NCBI RefSeq assembly: GCF_049970315.1
Contig: NZ_JBMFNE010000014.1
Location: forward strand, 18,529 to 82,528
DNA: 64,000 nt
Reading direction: 5' to 3'
From: Chloroflexus sp.
GTDB taxonomy: Bacteria; Chloroflexota; Chloroflexia; Chloroflexales; Chloroflexaceae
A program made the position numbers and the translations under genes. The notes beneath the pieces were generated by a model. That model searched no databases, had not been told where the DNA came from, and saw only the letters and a list, made by a program, of their open reading frames with translations. Shown here one piece after another: positions 17,446 to 26,711 of the stretch. The stretch's first letter is position 1, and each line of letters opens with the position of its first letter.

Positions 17446-18663
17446 TCATCCATCCGTCCACGTACAGGTCCAGACGGTCGTTTCCGCCGGCCCGAGGTTG
17501 AGGTCGATTATCAACTCAACTTCTGGACCAGACATCGCTTGTACTAGTGTCGTTGGGTCGAACGGTACCGGTGTACCGCGTGTCATCACCGGTACCGTTC
17601 CGATTTGCAAATCGAGCAAATCGGGTCGTAGTTCGACAGCGCTTGCACCAATTGCTGCCAATAACGCACCCCAATCGGAGGAATTACGCCGGCAAGCAGC
17701 ACGCACCGAACCAGAACGTGCGACAGCGTTGGCAATGGTCTGAGCCATTGCTCCGTCAGATGCACCCTGTACAACTACCTTTATTACTTTACCAGAACCG
17801 GCGGCATCACGCACGATCTGTCCGGCGAGATCGGCACAGAGATAATCGAGTGCTTCTTGAAATACGCCATATTCCCACGTACTCGAGTCGGTAATTGGTG
17901 GATGATCGATAGCACCGTTGGCCAACATTATCACGCTATCATTGGGGCTACGATCCCCGTCGATATTCAGTCGATTGAACGAACGCTCAACACTGTGATG
18001 GAGGGCACGTTGCAAGAGGGGCTGACTGATAGCGAGATCGGTTGTGATCATGACCAGCACCGTTGCCAAGCGAGGGTGGATCATACGGGTGCCCTTCGCC
18101 ATACCGGCGAGCGTAAAACGGGGACCGTTCCGCAATGACACACGCAAGACCCGTTCTTTCGGACGAGTATCGGTCGTGAGAATGGCGAGGGCTGCACGCC
18201 GACCGCCGTTACTATCGAGTTCGCTCACTGCCCGCCGAATCCCGTTGCGCATCCGCTGCATCGGCAACGGCACACCTATCAATCCTGTTGACATAAGCAA
18301 AACGGAGTCGCGTGGTATCTCCAGTTCATCAGCCGTGATTTTGGCGCACTCGATAGCATCATTCAGACCGGCTTGACCGGTACCAGCATTAGCATGTCCG
18401 GCGTTAATCAGCACAGCACGGATAGCATCGTGGTTACGTAACAAAATCGCTTGGCTGAGAAAAACGGGAGCCGCTTTGAAGACACTGGTTGTGAAGAGGG
18501 CTGCTGCACGACACGGATGCAGTGAATAGATGAGAGCCAGATCGCGCGCCTTGCTCCCCTCTTTCAGCCCAGCCGAGATACCGGTTGCACGAAAACCGGT
18601 CGGGCTAGCGATGTGTCCATCTTCAAAGATTGTGAAATTCATATTCACTCTGTGTTCAACCAA
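17446..18663 (-). CDS. argJ: ArgJ-family (ornithine acetyltransferase-like) protein with divergent active-site motifs
   Basis: GFRATG...DLALI, STGLIG, AILTTD, GMAKG..MIHP..AT; several conserved residues are substituted (see findings). Confidence 0.72.
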   Translation of the reverse strand: MVEHRVNMNFTIFEDGHIASPTGFRATGISAGLKEGSKARDLALIYSLHPCRAAALFTTSVFKAAPVFLSQAILLRNHDAIRAVLINAGHANAGTGQAGLNDAIECAKITADELEIPRDSVLLMSTGLIGVPLPMQRMRNGIRRAVSELDSNGGRRAALAILTTDTRPKERVLRVSLRNGPRFTLAGMAKGTRMIHPRLATVLVMITTDLAISQPLLQRALHHSVERSFNRLNIDGDRSPNDSVIMLANGAIDHPPITDSSTWEYGVFQEALDYLCADLAGQIVRDAAGSGKVIKVVVQGASDGAMAQTIANAVARSGSVRAACRRNSSDWGALLAAIGASAVELRPDLLDLQIGTVPVMTRGTPVPFDPTTLVQAMSGPEVELIIDLNLGPAETTVWTCTWTDG

Positions 18664-18675
18664 AGCGACATTAGT

Positions 18676-19878
18676 TTACCACACTCGACAGATAAAACCT
18701 TTGAGATATTCAGCTTCAGGAAAGCTAAGTAAGACCGGATGATCGGGGGCTTGGGTAAGCCGCTCAAGGATTTGGACATCGCGCCCGGCATCAACAGCCG
18801 CGCCAAAGACGACTTTCTGAAAGAGATCGGCAGAGACAAGGCCAGAGCAGCTAAACGTCGCCAGAATGCCACCCGGTCGAATCAAGTGCAATGCTTGTAA
18901 GTTGATATCTTTGTAACCGCGGGTAGCCCGTTGCAGATGTGTTTGTTGATAAGCGAACTTCGGCGGATCGAGGATCACCACATCAAATTGACGCCGTTCA
19001 TTGCGGTACTGGCGTAGTATGTGAAAAGCATCGCCGACGACAAACTCTGCCGAAGTAGTGAGTTTATTGAGGCGCAGATTTTCACCGGCGAGTGCCAGCG
19101 CATCGGCACTAGCATCAACGAGGGTTATCCGACACGCCCCGGCACGGGCAGCGGCTAGGGCAAAGCCGCCAGCGTAAGAAAAGCAGTCGAGCACTTCTGC
19201 TCCGTTACAGTATGCACCAACCCGTGCGTGATTAATTGCTTGATCGAGATAAATCCCAGTCTTTTGGCCGGTTGTCACATCAGCAAACATGCGTAGACCG
19301 GTTGCCATCTGACCAAGGGCACTAATTGGACATATCGGCATGCGCGGTGGTTGTTCGCCCCAACGCAACCCGGCGACTATTGGTAAATCTTCCTTTTCGC
19401 GCACATCCGCATCGCTACGTTCGTAAATCCCGCGGGGGGCTAACAGATCAACGAGTGCGGCCACAACCTGCTCAGCACGTACTGCCATAGCTTGGGTAAG
19501 CAATTGAATGACCAGGTAGCAACCATACCGGTCAATAATCAGGCCGGGCAATCCATCCGACTCACTAAAGACGAGGCGGCAAGCGATCGCCGGATCGATT
19601 AACCAGCGCTCCCGGCCACTCACAGCGCGGGCAATTGTGTCACGCAGCCACGTCTCATCGAGAGGCTGGGTAGCGTCCCATGTTGCGAGACGTACTCGCA
19701 ACTGCGAGCTACTGCTCCAGAACCCACGTGCCAACCAACTGCCGTCTTGACTGTATACCTCGACTACCTCGCCGGGGGCAGGATTACCGCGCACACTGGC
19801 GATAGCGCCGGAAAATACCCAAGGATGTCGTTGAATGATCGGTCGTTCCCGACCTGAATGAACTGTAACAGTTACCAT
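18676..19878 (-). CDS. RlmI-like class I SAM-dependent rRNA methyltransferase (PUA + MTase)
   Basis: HPWVFSGAI, SESDGLPGLIIDRY, GQKTG, VLDCFSYAGGF, ILDPPKF. Confidence 0.87.
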   Translation of the reverse strand: MVTVTVHSGRERPIIQRHPWVFSGAIASVRGNPAPGEVVEVYSQDGSWLARGFWSSSSQLRVRLATWDATQPLDETWLRDTIARAVSGRERWLIDPAIACRLVFSESDGLPGLIIDRYGCYLVIQLLTQAMAVRAEQVVAALVDLLAPRGIYERSDADVREKEDLPIVAGLRWGEQPPRMPICPISALGQMATGLRMFADVTTGQKTGIYLDQAINHARVGAYCNGAEVLDCFSYAGGFALAAARAGACRITLVDASADALALAGENLRLNKLTTSAEFVVGDAFHILRQYRNERRQFDVVILDPPKFAYQQTHLQRATRGYKDINLQALHLIRPGGILATFSCSGLVSADLFQKVVFGAAVDAGRDVQILERLTQAPDHPVLLSFPEAEYLKGFICRVW

Positions 19879-19887
19879 AGTACGTTG

Positions 19888-19916
19888 ACTCTATCACGCG
19901 CCTACCATACGGTCAA
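19888..19916 (-). promoter_or_regulatory. Sigma70-type promoter giving a near-leaderless rlmI-like mRNA
   Basis: Minus strand TTGACC, 17 bp spacer, TAGAGT. Predicted TSS is about 3 nt upstream of the ATG at 19878, with no RBS. Confidence 0.55.
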
Positions 19917-19927
19917 GTAGCGCAGCA

Positions 19928-20077
19928 CGGCAGTGCTGCGCCCGGCAGTGCTGCGCCCGGCGGTGCTGCCCCAGGACCGCCCGGCAGTGCTGCGCCCGGC
20001 GGTGCTGCCCCAGGACCGCACGGCAGTGCTGCGCCCGGCGGTGCTGCCCCAGGACCGCACGGCAGTGCTGCGCCCGG
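19928..20077. repeat. Intergenic tandem repeat (15-bp and 24-bp subunits, 39-bp period)
   Basis: A = CGGCAGTGCTGCGCC five times; B = CGGCGGTGCTGCCCCAGGACCGC(A/C) three times; order A A B A B A B A. Confidence 0.92.
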
Positions 20078-20157
20078 AAGATTACATTACGCAACACCGG
20101 ATTCATCAATGTTTGCTATGATAGACATATCACCGAACATTGCCAATAGGAGGAACT

Positions 20158-21138
20158 ATGCAATACACCCGCTTCGGCACAACCGGTATGCACGTCTCGC
20201 GGATCTGTCTCGGCTGTATGAGCTATGGTTCGCCGACATGGCGCGAATGGGTGCTCGATGAAGCCGCTAGTCGTCCATTTATCTTTCGCGCCTTAGAATT
20301 GGGGATCAACTTTTTCGATACTGCCGATATGTACTCGCTGGGGATGAGTGAAGAAATTCTCGGTCGTGCCATCCGCGATTCTGGGGTACGTCGCGATGAG
20401 TTGGTTATTGCAACCAAAGTTTATCAGCCGATGAGCGATCGCCCGAACGATCGCGGTCTTTCCCGCAAACATATTATGCAGGCAATTGACGCCTCTCTGC
20501 ACCGATTAGGGATGGATTATGTCGATCTGTACCAGATTCATCGCTGGGATTACGAAACACCCATTGAAGAGACGCTGGAAGCGCTGAACGATGTTGTGCG
20601 CGCCGGAAAAGCTCTCTATATCGGTGCATCGAGTATGTTTGCGTGGCAATTAGCCAAGGCCTTATGTATACAAGAACGACGCGGTTGGGCACGGTTCGTT
20701 TCGATGCAAAACCATCTCAACCTCGTCTACCGTGAAGAAGAGCGTGAGATGCTCCCGCTATGTCGTGATGCGGGACTAGCAGTGATTCCATGGAGTCCAC
20801 TGGCACGTGGTTTCTTAGCCGGTAATCGGCCACAAGGTACCGGCGCTGCGACGGTGCGTGGTCGCTCAGATACCATCTCGCACGCGATGTACGATGCCAG
20901 CGATTATGTAATTGTCGAGCGGGTGAGTGAGATTGCTCGGGAGCGCGGGGTGAGCAATGCCCAGATCGCGCTGGCATGGCTGCTCCACAAACCCGAAGTG
21001 ACGGCACCGATTATCGGGGCAACTAAGATGTATCAGCTCGAAGAGGCAGTCGCAGCCCTCGAAATCCAGCTCACACCGGAAGAAATTCAGCGATTAGAAG
21101 AGCCGTATCGGCCTAAACCGATCCGGGGGCATGCGTAA
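20158..21138 (+). CDS. Aldo/keto reductase
   Basis: VSRICLGCMSYG, FFDTADMY, IATKV, DLYQIHRWD, IPWSPLARG. RBS AGGAGG. Confidence 0.92.
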   Translation: MQYTRFGTTGMHVSRICLGCMSYGSPTWREWVLDEAASRPFIFRALELGINFFDTADMYSLGMSEEILGRAIRDSGVRRDELVIATKVYQPMSDRPNDRGLSRKHIMQAIDASLHRLGMDYVDLYQIHRWDYETPIEETLEALNDVVRAGKALYIGASSMFAWQLAKALCIQERRGWARFVSMQNHLNLVYREEEREMLPLCRDAGLAVIPWSPLARGFLAGNRPQGTGAATVRGRSDTISHAMYDASDYVIVERVSEIARERGVSNAQIALAWLLHKPEVTAPIIGATKMYQLEEAVAALEIQLTPEEIQRLEEPYRPKPIRGHA

Positions 21139-21150
21139 GCAGAGTAATCT

Positions 21151-22152
21151 ATGACAGCTCGTATTGATGTGAAGCCGGTAGCCATCTTGACAGCTCGTCA
21201 ACACATCGCCGGTATTGTCCAACCTACGCCACTTGAGTTGAGTCGGCCACTGAGTACGTTGTTAGGCGCTGAAGTGTGGCTCAAACTTGAATTAGCGCAG
21301 GTGACCGGTAGTTTTAAACTACGTGGTGCCGCGAATGTACTACGCCAGTTACCGCCCAATGTGTATGTGGTTGCGTGTTCGGCCGGGAACCATGCTCTTG
21401 GCGTCGCCCACGCATCAGCACTGACCGGCCATGCCGCTACACTAGTTGTGCCGGCGACAGCTTCACCGGCCAAGATCGCTGGGTTGTATCGTTATCCGGT
21501 AGATTTACGCTTGCACGGCCAAAGCTACGATGAAGCTGAAGCTGAAGCATTACGGCTGGCCAAAGTGCATGGTTGGTATTTTATCTCACCCTACAACGAT
21601 CCGATGGTCATTGCCGGGCAAGGCACATTAGCGGTAGAAGTGTGGGAAACGTTACCCAACGTTGAGGTGTTGGTCGTCGCCGTCGGTGGTGGTGGTCTGG
21701 CGAGCGGTGTTGGTCTATGGGCAAAAGCTATCAATCCACAGGTGCGCATCATTGGAGTCCAGGCGGCAGCGTCCGCGGCAATGGCAGCAGCCTTACGGGC
21801 CGGACGTGTTGTCCCGATACCTGATGGACCAACATTAGCCGATGGGTTGGCCGGTGGGTTGGAAGCTGATACGATCACGTTGCCGATATTACAGCAAGTG
21901 CTCGATGAGGTAGTATGCGTTGATGAAGCGGCAATTATGCAGGCAATGCATTGGTTGTTCGTCGAGCATCACCTCATTGTCGAGGGGAGTGGAGCTGTGC
22001 CGTTGGCAGCGTTACTCTCCGGCCAAATCGGCGATTTGCAAGGACGGCGAGTCGTGGTGTTGCTCTGCGGGCGAAACGTTGCCGCCGAGACGTGGCAGCA
22101 TGTGATAGCAACGGTATCAGGTGAAGCAGGAAGGCCACGTGCAGCAACGTGA
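21151..22152 (+). CDS. PLP-dependent threonine/serine dehydratase family
   Basis: GSFKLRGA, CSAGNHA, GQGT, VGGGGL, EGSGAV. Confidence 0.88.
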   Translation: MTARIDVKPVAILTARQHIAGIVQPTPLELSRPLSTLLGAEVWLKLELAQVTGSFKLRGAANVLRQLPPNVYVVACSAGNHALGVAHASALTGHAATLVVPATASPAKIAGLYRYPVDLRLHGQSYDEAEAEALRLAKVHGWYFISPYNDPMVIAGQGTLAVEVWETLPNVEVLVVAVGGGGLASGVGLWAKAINPQVRIIGVQAAASAAMAAALRAGRVVPIPDGPTLADGLAGGLEADTITLPILQQVLDEVVCVDEAAIMQAMHWLFVEHHLIVEGSGAVPLAALLSGQIGDLQGRRVVVLLCGRNVAAETWQHVIATVSGEAGRPRAAT

Positions 22153-22241
22153 ACCGCGAAAGCACCATTTCCGTACCGACGAGATAATTGTTCGTGGCGA
22201 CACGTGGCTTATGATCAGCCCAAAGACTGAGGAAACCCACA

Positions 22242-22270
22242 TTGACAATCGTGAAACTGCGTGTTATGCT
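22242..22270 (+). promoter_or_regulatory. Sigma70-type promoter
   Basis: TTGACA, 17 bp spacer, TATGCT. Confidence 0.7.
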
Positions 22271-22314
22271 GCACGAGCAAGCATTAACGTCTATTCTGGT
22301 CAAAGGAGGAGCGC

Positions 22315-22407
22315 ATGCCACTCATCAGCGATAGAACCCCAACGATTGTTGTGATGGTACTGTGCGACTCCATTGATGCAGGAGGGGCTTCACACAGCAC
22401 AGGCTAA
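22315..22407 (+). CDS. 30-aa leader peptide or small protein (absent from the ORF track)
   Basis: AAGGAGG RBS, then ATG...TAA encoding MPLISDRTPTIVVMVLCDSIDAGGASHSTG. Confidence 0.55.
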   Translation: MPLISDRTPTIVVMVLCDSIDAGGASHSTG

Positions 22408-22428
22408 ACAGGCTAACCTGTGATACCG

Positions 22429-22505
22429 ACGGGCTGTGGGAAGCTGCTAAGCGCCTACAGCCCGTTACTTATTTGGGCTGTGGCGTCAGCAACCACAGCC
22501 TTTTT
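22429..22505 (+). terminator. Tandem hairpins, the second an intrinsic terminator (attenuator-like)
   Basis: ACGGGCTGTGGG / CCTACAGCCCGT, then GGCTGTGG / CCACAGCC followed by TTTTT. Confidence 0.7.
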
Positions 22506-22573
22506 ATTCCCTCCGCACAATGAAGTCGAATGGCACTGAGGCAGACGGGTACTGAGAACGAGGATTGCTAACG

Positions 22574-22837
22574 ATGACAGATCATCAGGCTATCACCACC
22601 GCCGTCCATCAAACGCGACCAATTGTTGCGGAGGGAACCATCATGATTATTCTAGAGCGTGACGGCTCGCTAACGTATCATCCGCCCAAAACGGGGCAAC
22701 CGCGATCGGCGCACACGACGCTGAAGGCGGCTACCGCCGCAGAGCTGCCGTCACCGTCGTTGATCGAGCGGATTATTAGTGTGGCATTCGATCTCTTGGG
22801 AGTACATCGGCTGGAGGTGCGCATTGATGAATCGTAA
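22574..22837 (+). CDS. Hypothetical protein (about 87 aa)
   Basis: ORF overlaps the rsgA start and contains its RBS (GGAGG at 22813-22817). Confidence 0.6.
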   Translation: MTDHQAITTAVHQTRPIVAEGTIMIILERDGSLTYHPPKTGQPRSAHTTLKAATAAELPSPSLIERIISVAFDLLGVHRLEVRIDES

Positions 22838-23807
22838 AGCAGCCGCTGTGGAGATCGAGCAAACCGTATCGGCGCCGGAGACCAAGACTGGCCGTCTGAT
22901 CGGAACGGTATTGCGGGCGCAGAGTGGCTTTTTCTGGGTACTGACCGAACAAGGTCTGCTCGAATGCCGCTTGCGTGGTCGCTTGAAAAAGGAGCGTCAG
23001 GCAACCGACCTGGTCGTGATCGGTGATCAGGTTGAAGTGGTTTTGGTCGGTTATGGGCAAGGTGCTATCGAGGCGGTTTTGCCGCGGCGCAGTCAGTTGG
23101 CTCGGCGGGCTGCCGGTTCACGCGGCGCGTACAAAGAGGACGTCATCGTTGCCAACGTCGATCAAGTGTTGTTGGTCTTTGCGTGCGCTAAACCGGAGTT
23201 TACCCCGCGTATGCTCGACCGCTATCTGGTCATCTGTGAACACAGCGAACTACCGGCAATCATTGTGGCGACCAAAATCGATCTCGTCGGGCGTGAAGTC
23301 GCTGAGTCGCTGTTCAGACCGTATGAACAGATCGGCTACCCGGTCGTGTATACGAGTACCATCAGCGGCGAAGGGATTGCCGACCTGCGCGATCGGCTCA
23401 TCGGCAAGATTAGCGTTGTCACCGGTAAGTCAGGAGTTGGCAAAAGCAGCCTGCTCAACGCGATCCAGCCCGGTCTCAATTTGCGCACCGGTGAGGTGAG
23501 TGAGCGCCTCACCAAAGGGCGCCATACGACGACTGTCGCCGAACTCATTCCCCTTACCATGCCGGGAGGTGGCTATGTCGCCGATACACCGGGCATTCGT
23601 GAGATCGGGTTGTGGAAACTGCCGGCGCGCGATTTGGCATGGTGTTTTCGCGAATTCCGTCCCTTTCTCCGCGATTGCTACTTTGCCGGTTGTACCCATT
23701 TGCATGAACCTAACTGTGCAGTACGCGCTGCGGTCGAGCGGGGAGAAATCACGCCTGAGCGCTACGATAGTTATGTTCGGTTGATGAACAGTGATGAGGA
23801 AGGGTAG
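22827..23807 (+). CDS. rsgA: Ribosome small-subunit-dependent GTPase A
   Basis: OB fold, TKID, GKSGVGKSS, GRHTTT, DTPG, CxFxxCxHxxEPxC zinc finger. Confidence 0.93.
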   Translation: MNRKAAAVEIEQTVSAPETKTGRLIGTVLRAQSGFFWVLTEQGLLECRLRGRLKKERQATDLVVIGDQVEVVLVGYGQGAIEAVLPRRSQLARRAAGSRGAYKEDVIVANVDQVLLVFACAKPEFTPRMLDRYLVICEHSELPAIIVATKIDLVGREVAESLFRPYEQIGYPVVYTSTISGEGIADLRDRLIGKISVVTGKSGVGKSSLLNAIQPGLNLRTGEVSERLTKGRHTTTVAELIPLTMPGGGYVADTPGIREIGLWKLPARDLAWCFREFRPFLRDCYFAGCTHLHEPNCAVRAAVERGEITPERYDSYVRLMNSDEEG

Positions 23808-23825
23808 TTCGATACCAGGGAAGGG

Positions 23826-24398
23826 TTGACGATGAACGCCCACCCACAAACGCGACCGGTCGTTGTAGCCGGTGAGCGGGTCTTTCTGAGCCATATCTTC
23901 GCCGATGATGCACCACTGCTGGCACAGTGGTTTGCCGATCTGGAATTCACTGCTCTGTTAGGCCAACAGGGGTACAGTTACACCCTCGAACAAGAACAGC
24001 AGTGGATTAATGCAAACGCCATAGCCAAAGACGATCGGCGTACTTTTACGATAATACTGCGTGACGGTGAGCGGCTGATCGGCACATGTAGTTTGTTTCG
24101 TATCAACCTACTCCACGGCATTGCCGAACTGGGCATCGCTATTTGTGATAAAACGGTGTGGGGGCAAGGTTGTGGACGTGAAGCGGTTCGTTTGTTAGTC
24201 GATTACGGGTTTCGCTATCTCAACCTTTATAACATCTCGTTGTGGGTGTATGCGTTCAACGAGCGGGCGTACCGGGCCTATGTGCGGGCCGGCTTTCGCG
24301 AAGTGGGCCGGTTACGTGGAGCTATCATGCTAGATGGGCGTCGTTACGATCGTATTCTGATGGAAATAACACGCGATGATCGCATAAGTGTTGGATAA
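23826..24398 (+). CDS. GNAT N-acetyltransferase (RimJ/RimL family)
   Basis: AELGIAI...WGQGCGREA...FNERAYRAYVRAGF. Confidence 0.85.
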   Translation: MTMNAHPQTRPVVVAGERVFLSHIFADDAPLLAQWFADLEFTALLGQQGYSYTLEQEQQWINANAIAKDDRRTFTIILRDGERLIGTCSLFRINLLHGIAELGIAICDKTVWGQGCGREAVRLLVDYGFRYLNLYNISLWVYAFNERAYRAYVRAGFREVGRLRGAIMLDGRRYDRILMEITRDDRISVG

Positions 24399-24399
24399 A

Positions 24400-24615
24400 C
24401 ACAGCGGTATGACATATCCTGTTGAACTACTTGTTTCACGGCCTCGATCAGTTCTTGGTGGTCTTTGCGGTTTGATCGCAAATGTTGCGCCCATCTACAA
24501 CCGGGATGGAGTGGGTTCCATAGAGAACACTGTTGATTGTACCGCCCTTTACCGGGATCGTGGTTGCCAAAACCGGTTACGATTGTATGCCAAATTGGAG
24601 AAAACTCAGTTCGCG
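24400..24615 (-). pseudogene. C-terminal fragment of an Eco29kI-family (GIY-YIG) restriction endonuclease
   Basis: FSPIWHTIVTGFGNHDPGKGRYNQQCSLWNPLHPGCRWA resembles the family C-terminal P-W-(N)-x-x-x-(D)-GFGNH-x-PG...W-x-x-x-HPG pattern. The GIY-YIG N-terminal half is absent. Confidence 0.65.
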
Positions 24616-24949
24616 CATTGTCATTGTACGGTAGAATGCTCGAACGTCTTCCCACACCTGCGGACATACGTTCCGGGATGAGTCGCACGCAGAGAAGATT
24701 CGCTCGCTGCCATACGGAAGGTGGTAATGAGTTCAGGACAATAGCGCACGTTCCGTTCAACAGCCGGGCTAAACAATGGGAGACGTGAATAAAAACCCGC
24801 AGGTGGTTGGATATTGATGCCGTCAGGCAATGCCTAATCTCCTCACCATTTAAAAATATACGAACAACGGATACGGTACGGCGATGCGCTTCAACCGCCG
24901 ACGTTTCTGTTGCCGCTGCTACACGAGCTAGATAAACATGAAAAGCGCT

Positions 24950-25250
24950 ACACTTTGTTTTTGCCGCGAGGGTAGCACAGGGGTTAATATCAAACTCGAT
25001 ACCATTGAAGCTGTTCCGTAATCCCTCAACGAGGGTTGTTCCAACACCGGCAAATGGATCAAGTATCGTTGCGTGGTAGTTGATGTTAGTTGAGATATAG
25101 TATCGTAATATGTCGGTCACGAAGCCGGTAAAGAATCCGGCGATCCAAGGTACCCAACGGAGGATCGCATTATGTTGGTTCTGGGCAAAAGTTGAGTCGT
25201 GGAACAGGGACGTGCGTGGTGTGAGGTGGAAGGTAGATCATTGGATCACC
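24950..25250 (-). pseudogene. N-terminal fragment of an amino (N4-C/N6-A) DNA methyltransferase
   Basis: STFAQN...RWVPWIAGF...ILDPFAGVGTTLVE...EFDINP...AAKTK. No in-frame ATG, and no catalytic motif IV downstream. Confidence 0.65.
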
Positions 25251-25347
25251 ACGGTGGTATTTTCTCACCAGAGTGGGAGTAGGACGGCTTGCATTCATCC
25301 TATCACGCTTTGGAATTGATTGAGTTACGATTTTTTTCCTCACCGCT

Positions 25348-26607
25348 TCACCCAAGCTCGCCATATAGCGGGCGAATTCGTTGGTAAACGGCATCCCACG
25401 TCAGTTCACGCCAAACACGTGCTCGTCCGGCAGCGCCCATTGCTCTCGCCAACGTGCGATCACGCAGGAGACGGTCGATGGCCTCAGCAATCGCCGGTAC
25501 GTTTCCAAATGGCACCAACCAGCCATCAACCCCGTGCCGGATTACCGCCGGTACACCACCGGCCCGCGCTCCGATCACCGGCACACCGTTGCACCACGCT
25601 TCGAGATAGGTGATACCAAAGCTGTCGGTGCGCGATGGCTGCACATACACGTCGGCAGCGGCGAGTGCGTCGCGGCGGGTATCGTCATCAACGTAGCCGA
25701 GAATCCGCACGCGCGTTCGTTCGGACGGTGTCAGGGCCGCTACTGCTTCGGCAAAACCACCGAACGCCGGTCCACATTGCACCCATACTGCGTCACTTCC
25801 TTGTGCCCATAACCGTCGCATCGCCGCTAACGTATGGATAGCGCCTTTGTCGAACGCAGCCACACCCAAACTCAGCACCATCGGCCCATTAATCTGCTGG
25901 GTGGCTCGAAAACGCCGTCCATCGCCACCGGTAACTTCGGCGGGCGTTACTCCTGCACCGATGGTGACGATCTGAGCAGCGGGAAGACCACGCCGCATCA
26001 GGTACGCTCGTTCAATCTCGGTCATGGTCGCTATATACGTTGCCCGTCGGAGCAGATCGATCTGGTGTGGCATCGCGTAGTAGCGAACAATTTGCTCACT
26101 CCCCGGTTCACCGACATGCACGAATGGTGTGCAGATGTGGCGTAGGCCGTGTTGTTGGGTCCAGCATGCCACCGGAATCAGGGCAAAGTCGAGGGTGATG
26201 TTGGTGGTGTGAACGACGGTGACATCGGACAGTGCCGGATCGGCGAGGGTTGTGATGAGATCGGGGATCTGTGGAGTGAGCATAGCGAACCGGCGCAAGA
26301 TTGACACGCTTGGTCGGCCCAAGCGGCCCACTTCGACCATCAGCCGACGGATGATCGGGTAGAGGAGCGCCGGACCGGGTAGTCGGCGGATCGCTAGTCG
26401 TCTGATTTGCACCCCATCGTGTTCACCGAACGGCTCGGTAATCCGTCGTTTGCCGGGCATCCAAAGGTGTTCAAGGTCAAAGGCATCGGTCGTCAGTACC
26501 GTTACCCGATGACCTTCGGCGACGAGGCGGGCGCCGATCTCTTGAAAGTAGCGGGCTGCCCCACTAGGAGCAGGCCAGTAGAGTTGGACAACGTGTAGGA
26601 TGTGCAT
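25348..26607 (-). CDS. Glycosyltransferase family 4 (GT-B)
   Basis: MHILHVVQLYWP..SGA, ADVYVQPSRTDSFGITYLEAW, RAGGVPAVIRHGVDGWLV. Confidence 0.87.
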   Translation of the reverse strand: MHILHVVQLYWPAPSGAARYFQEIGARLVAEGHRVTVLTTDAFDLEHLWMPGKRRITEPFGEHDGVQIRRLAIRRLPGPALLYPIIRRLMVEVGRLGRPSVSILRRFAMLTPQIPDLITTLADPALSDVTVVHTTNITLDFALIPVACWTQQHGLRHICTPFVHVGEPGSEQIVRYYAMPHQIDLLRRATYIATMTEIERAYLMRRGLPAAQIVTIGAGVTPAEVTGGDGRRFRATQQINGPMVLSLGVAAFDKGAIHTLAAMRRLWAQGSDAVWVQCGPAFGGFAEAVAALTPSERTRVRILGYVDDDTRRDALAAADVYVQPSRTDSFGITYLEAWCNGVPVIGARAGGVPAVIRHGVDGWLVPFGNVPAIAEAIDRLLRDRTLARAMGAAGRARVWRELTWDAVYQRIRPLYGELG

Positions 26608-26711
26608 ATCGCCGATGTACAACAGAGACGCAACTATACTTGCAAATCATACCAGGGTTTCGCCGATCCGTGGTGTTCGTTGGCAACGTTGCGTCTCTGC
26701 ATCCCGTCCCG

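Noticed and set aside
19894-20121. Repeat-encoded peptides on both strands (QHCRAVLGQHRRA / RPAVLPQD)
   Set aside because: A by-product of repeat unit lengths being multiples of 3. No RBS, and the ORFs overlap promoter regions.
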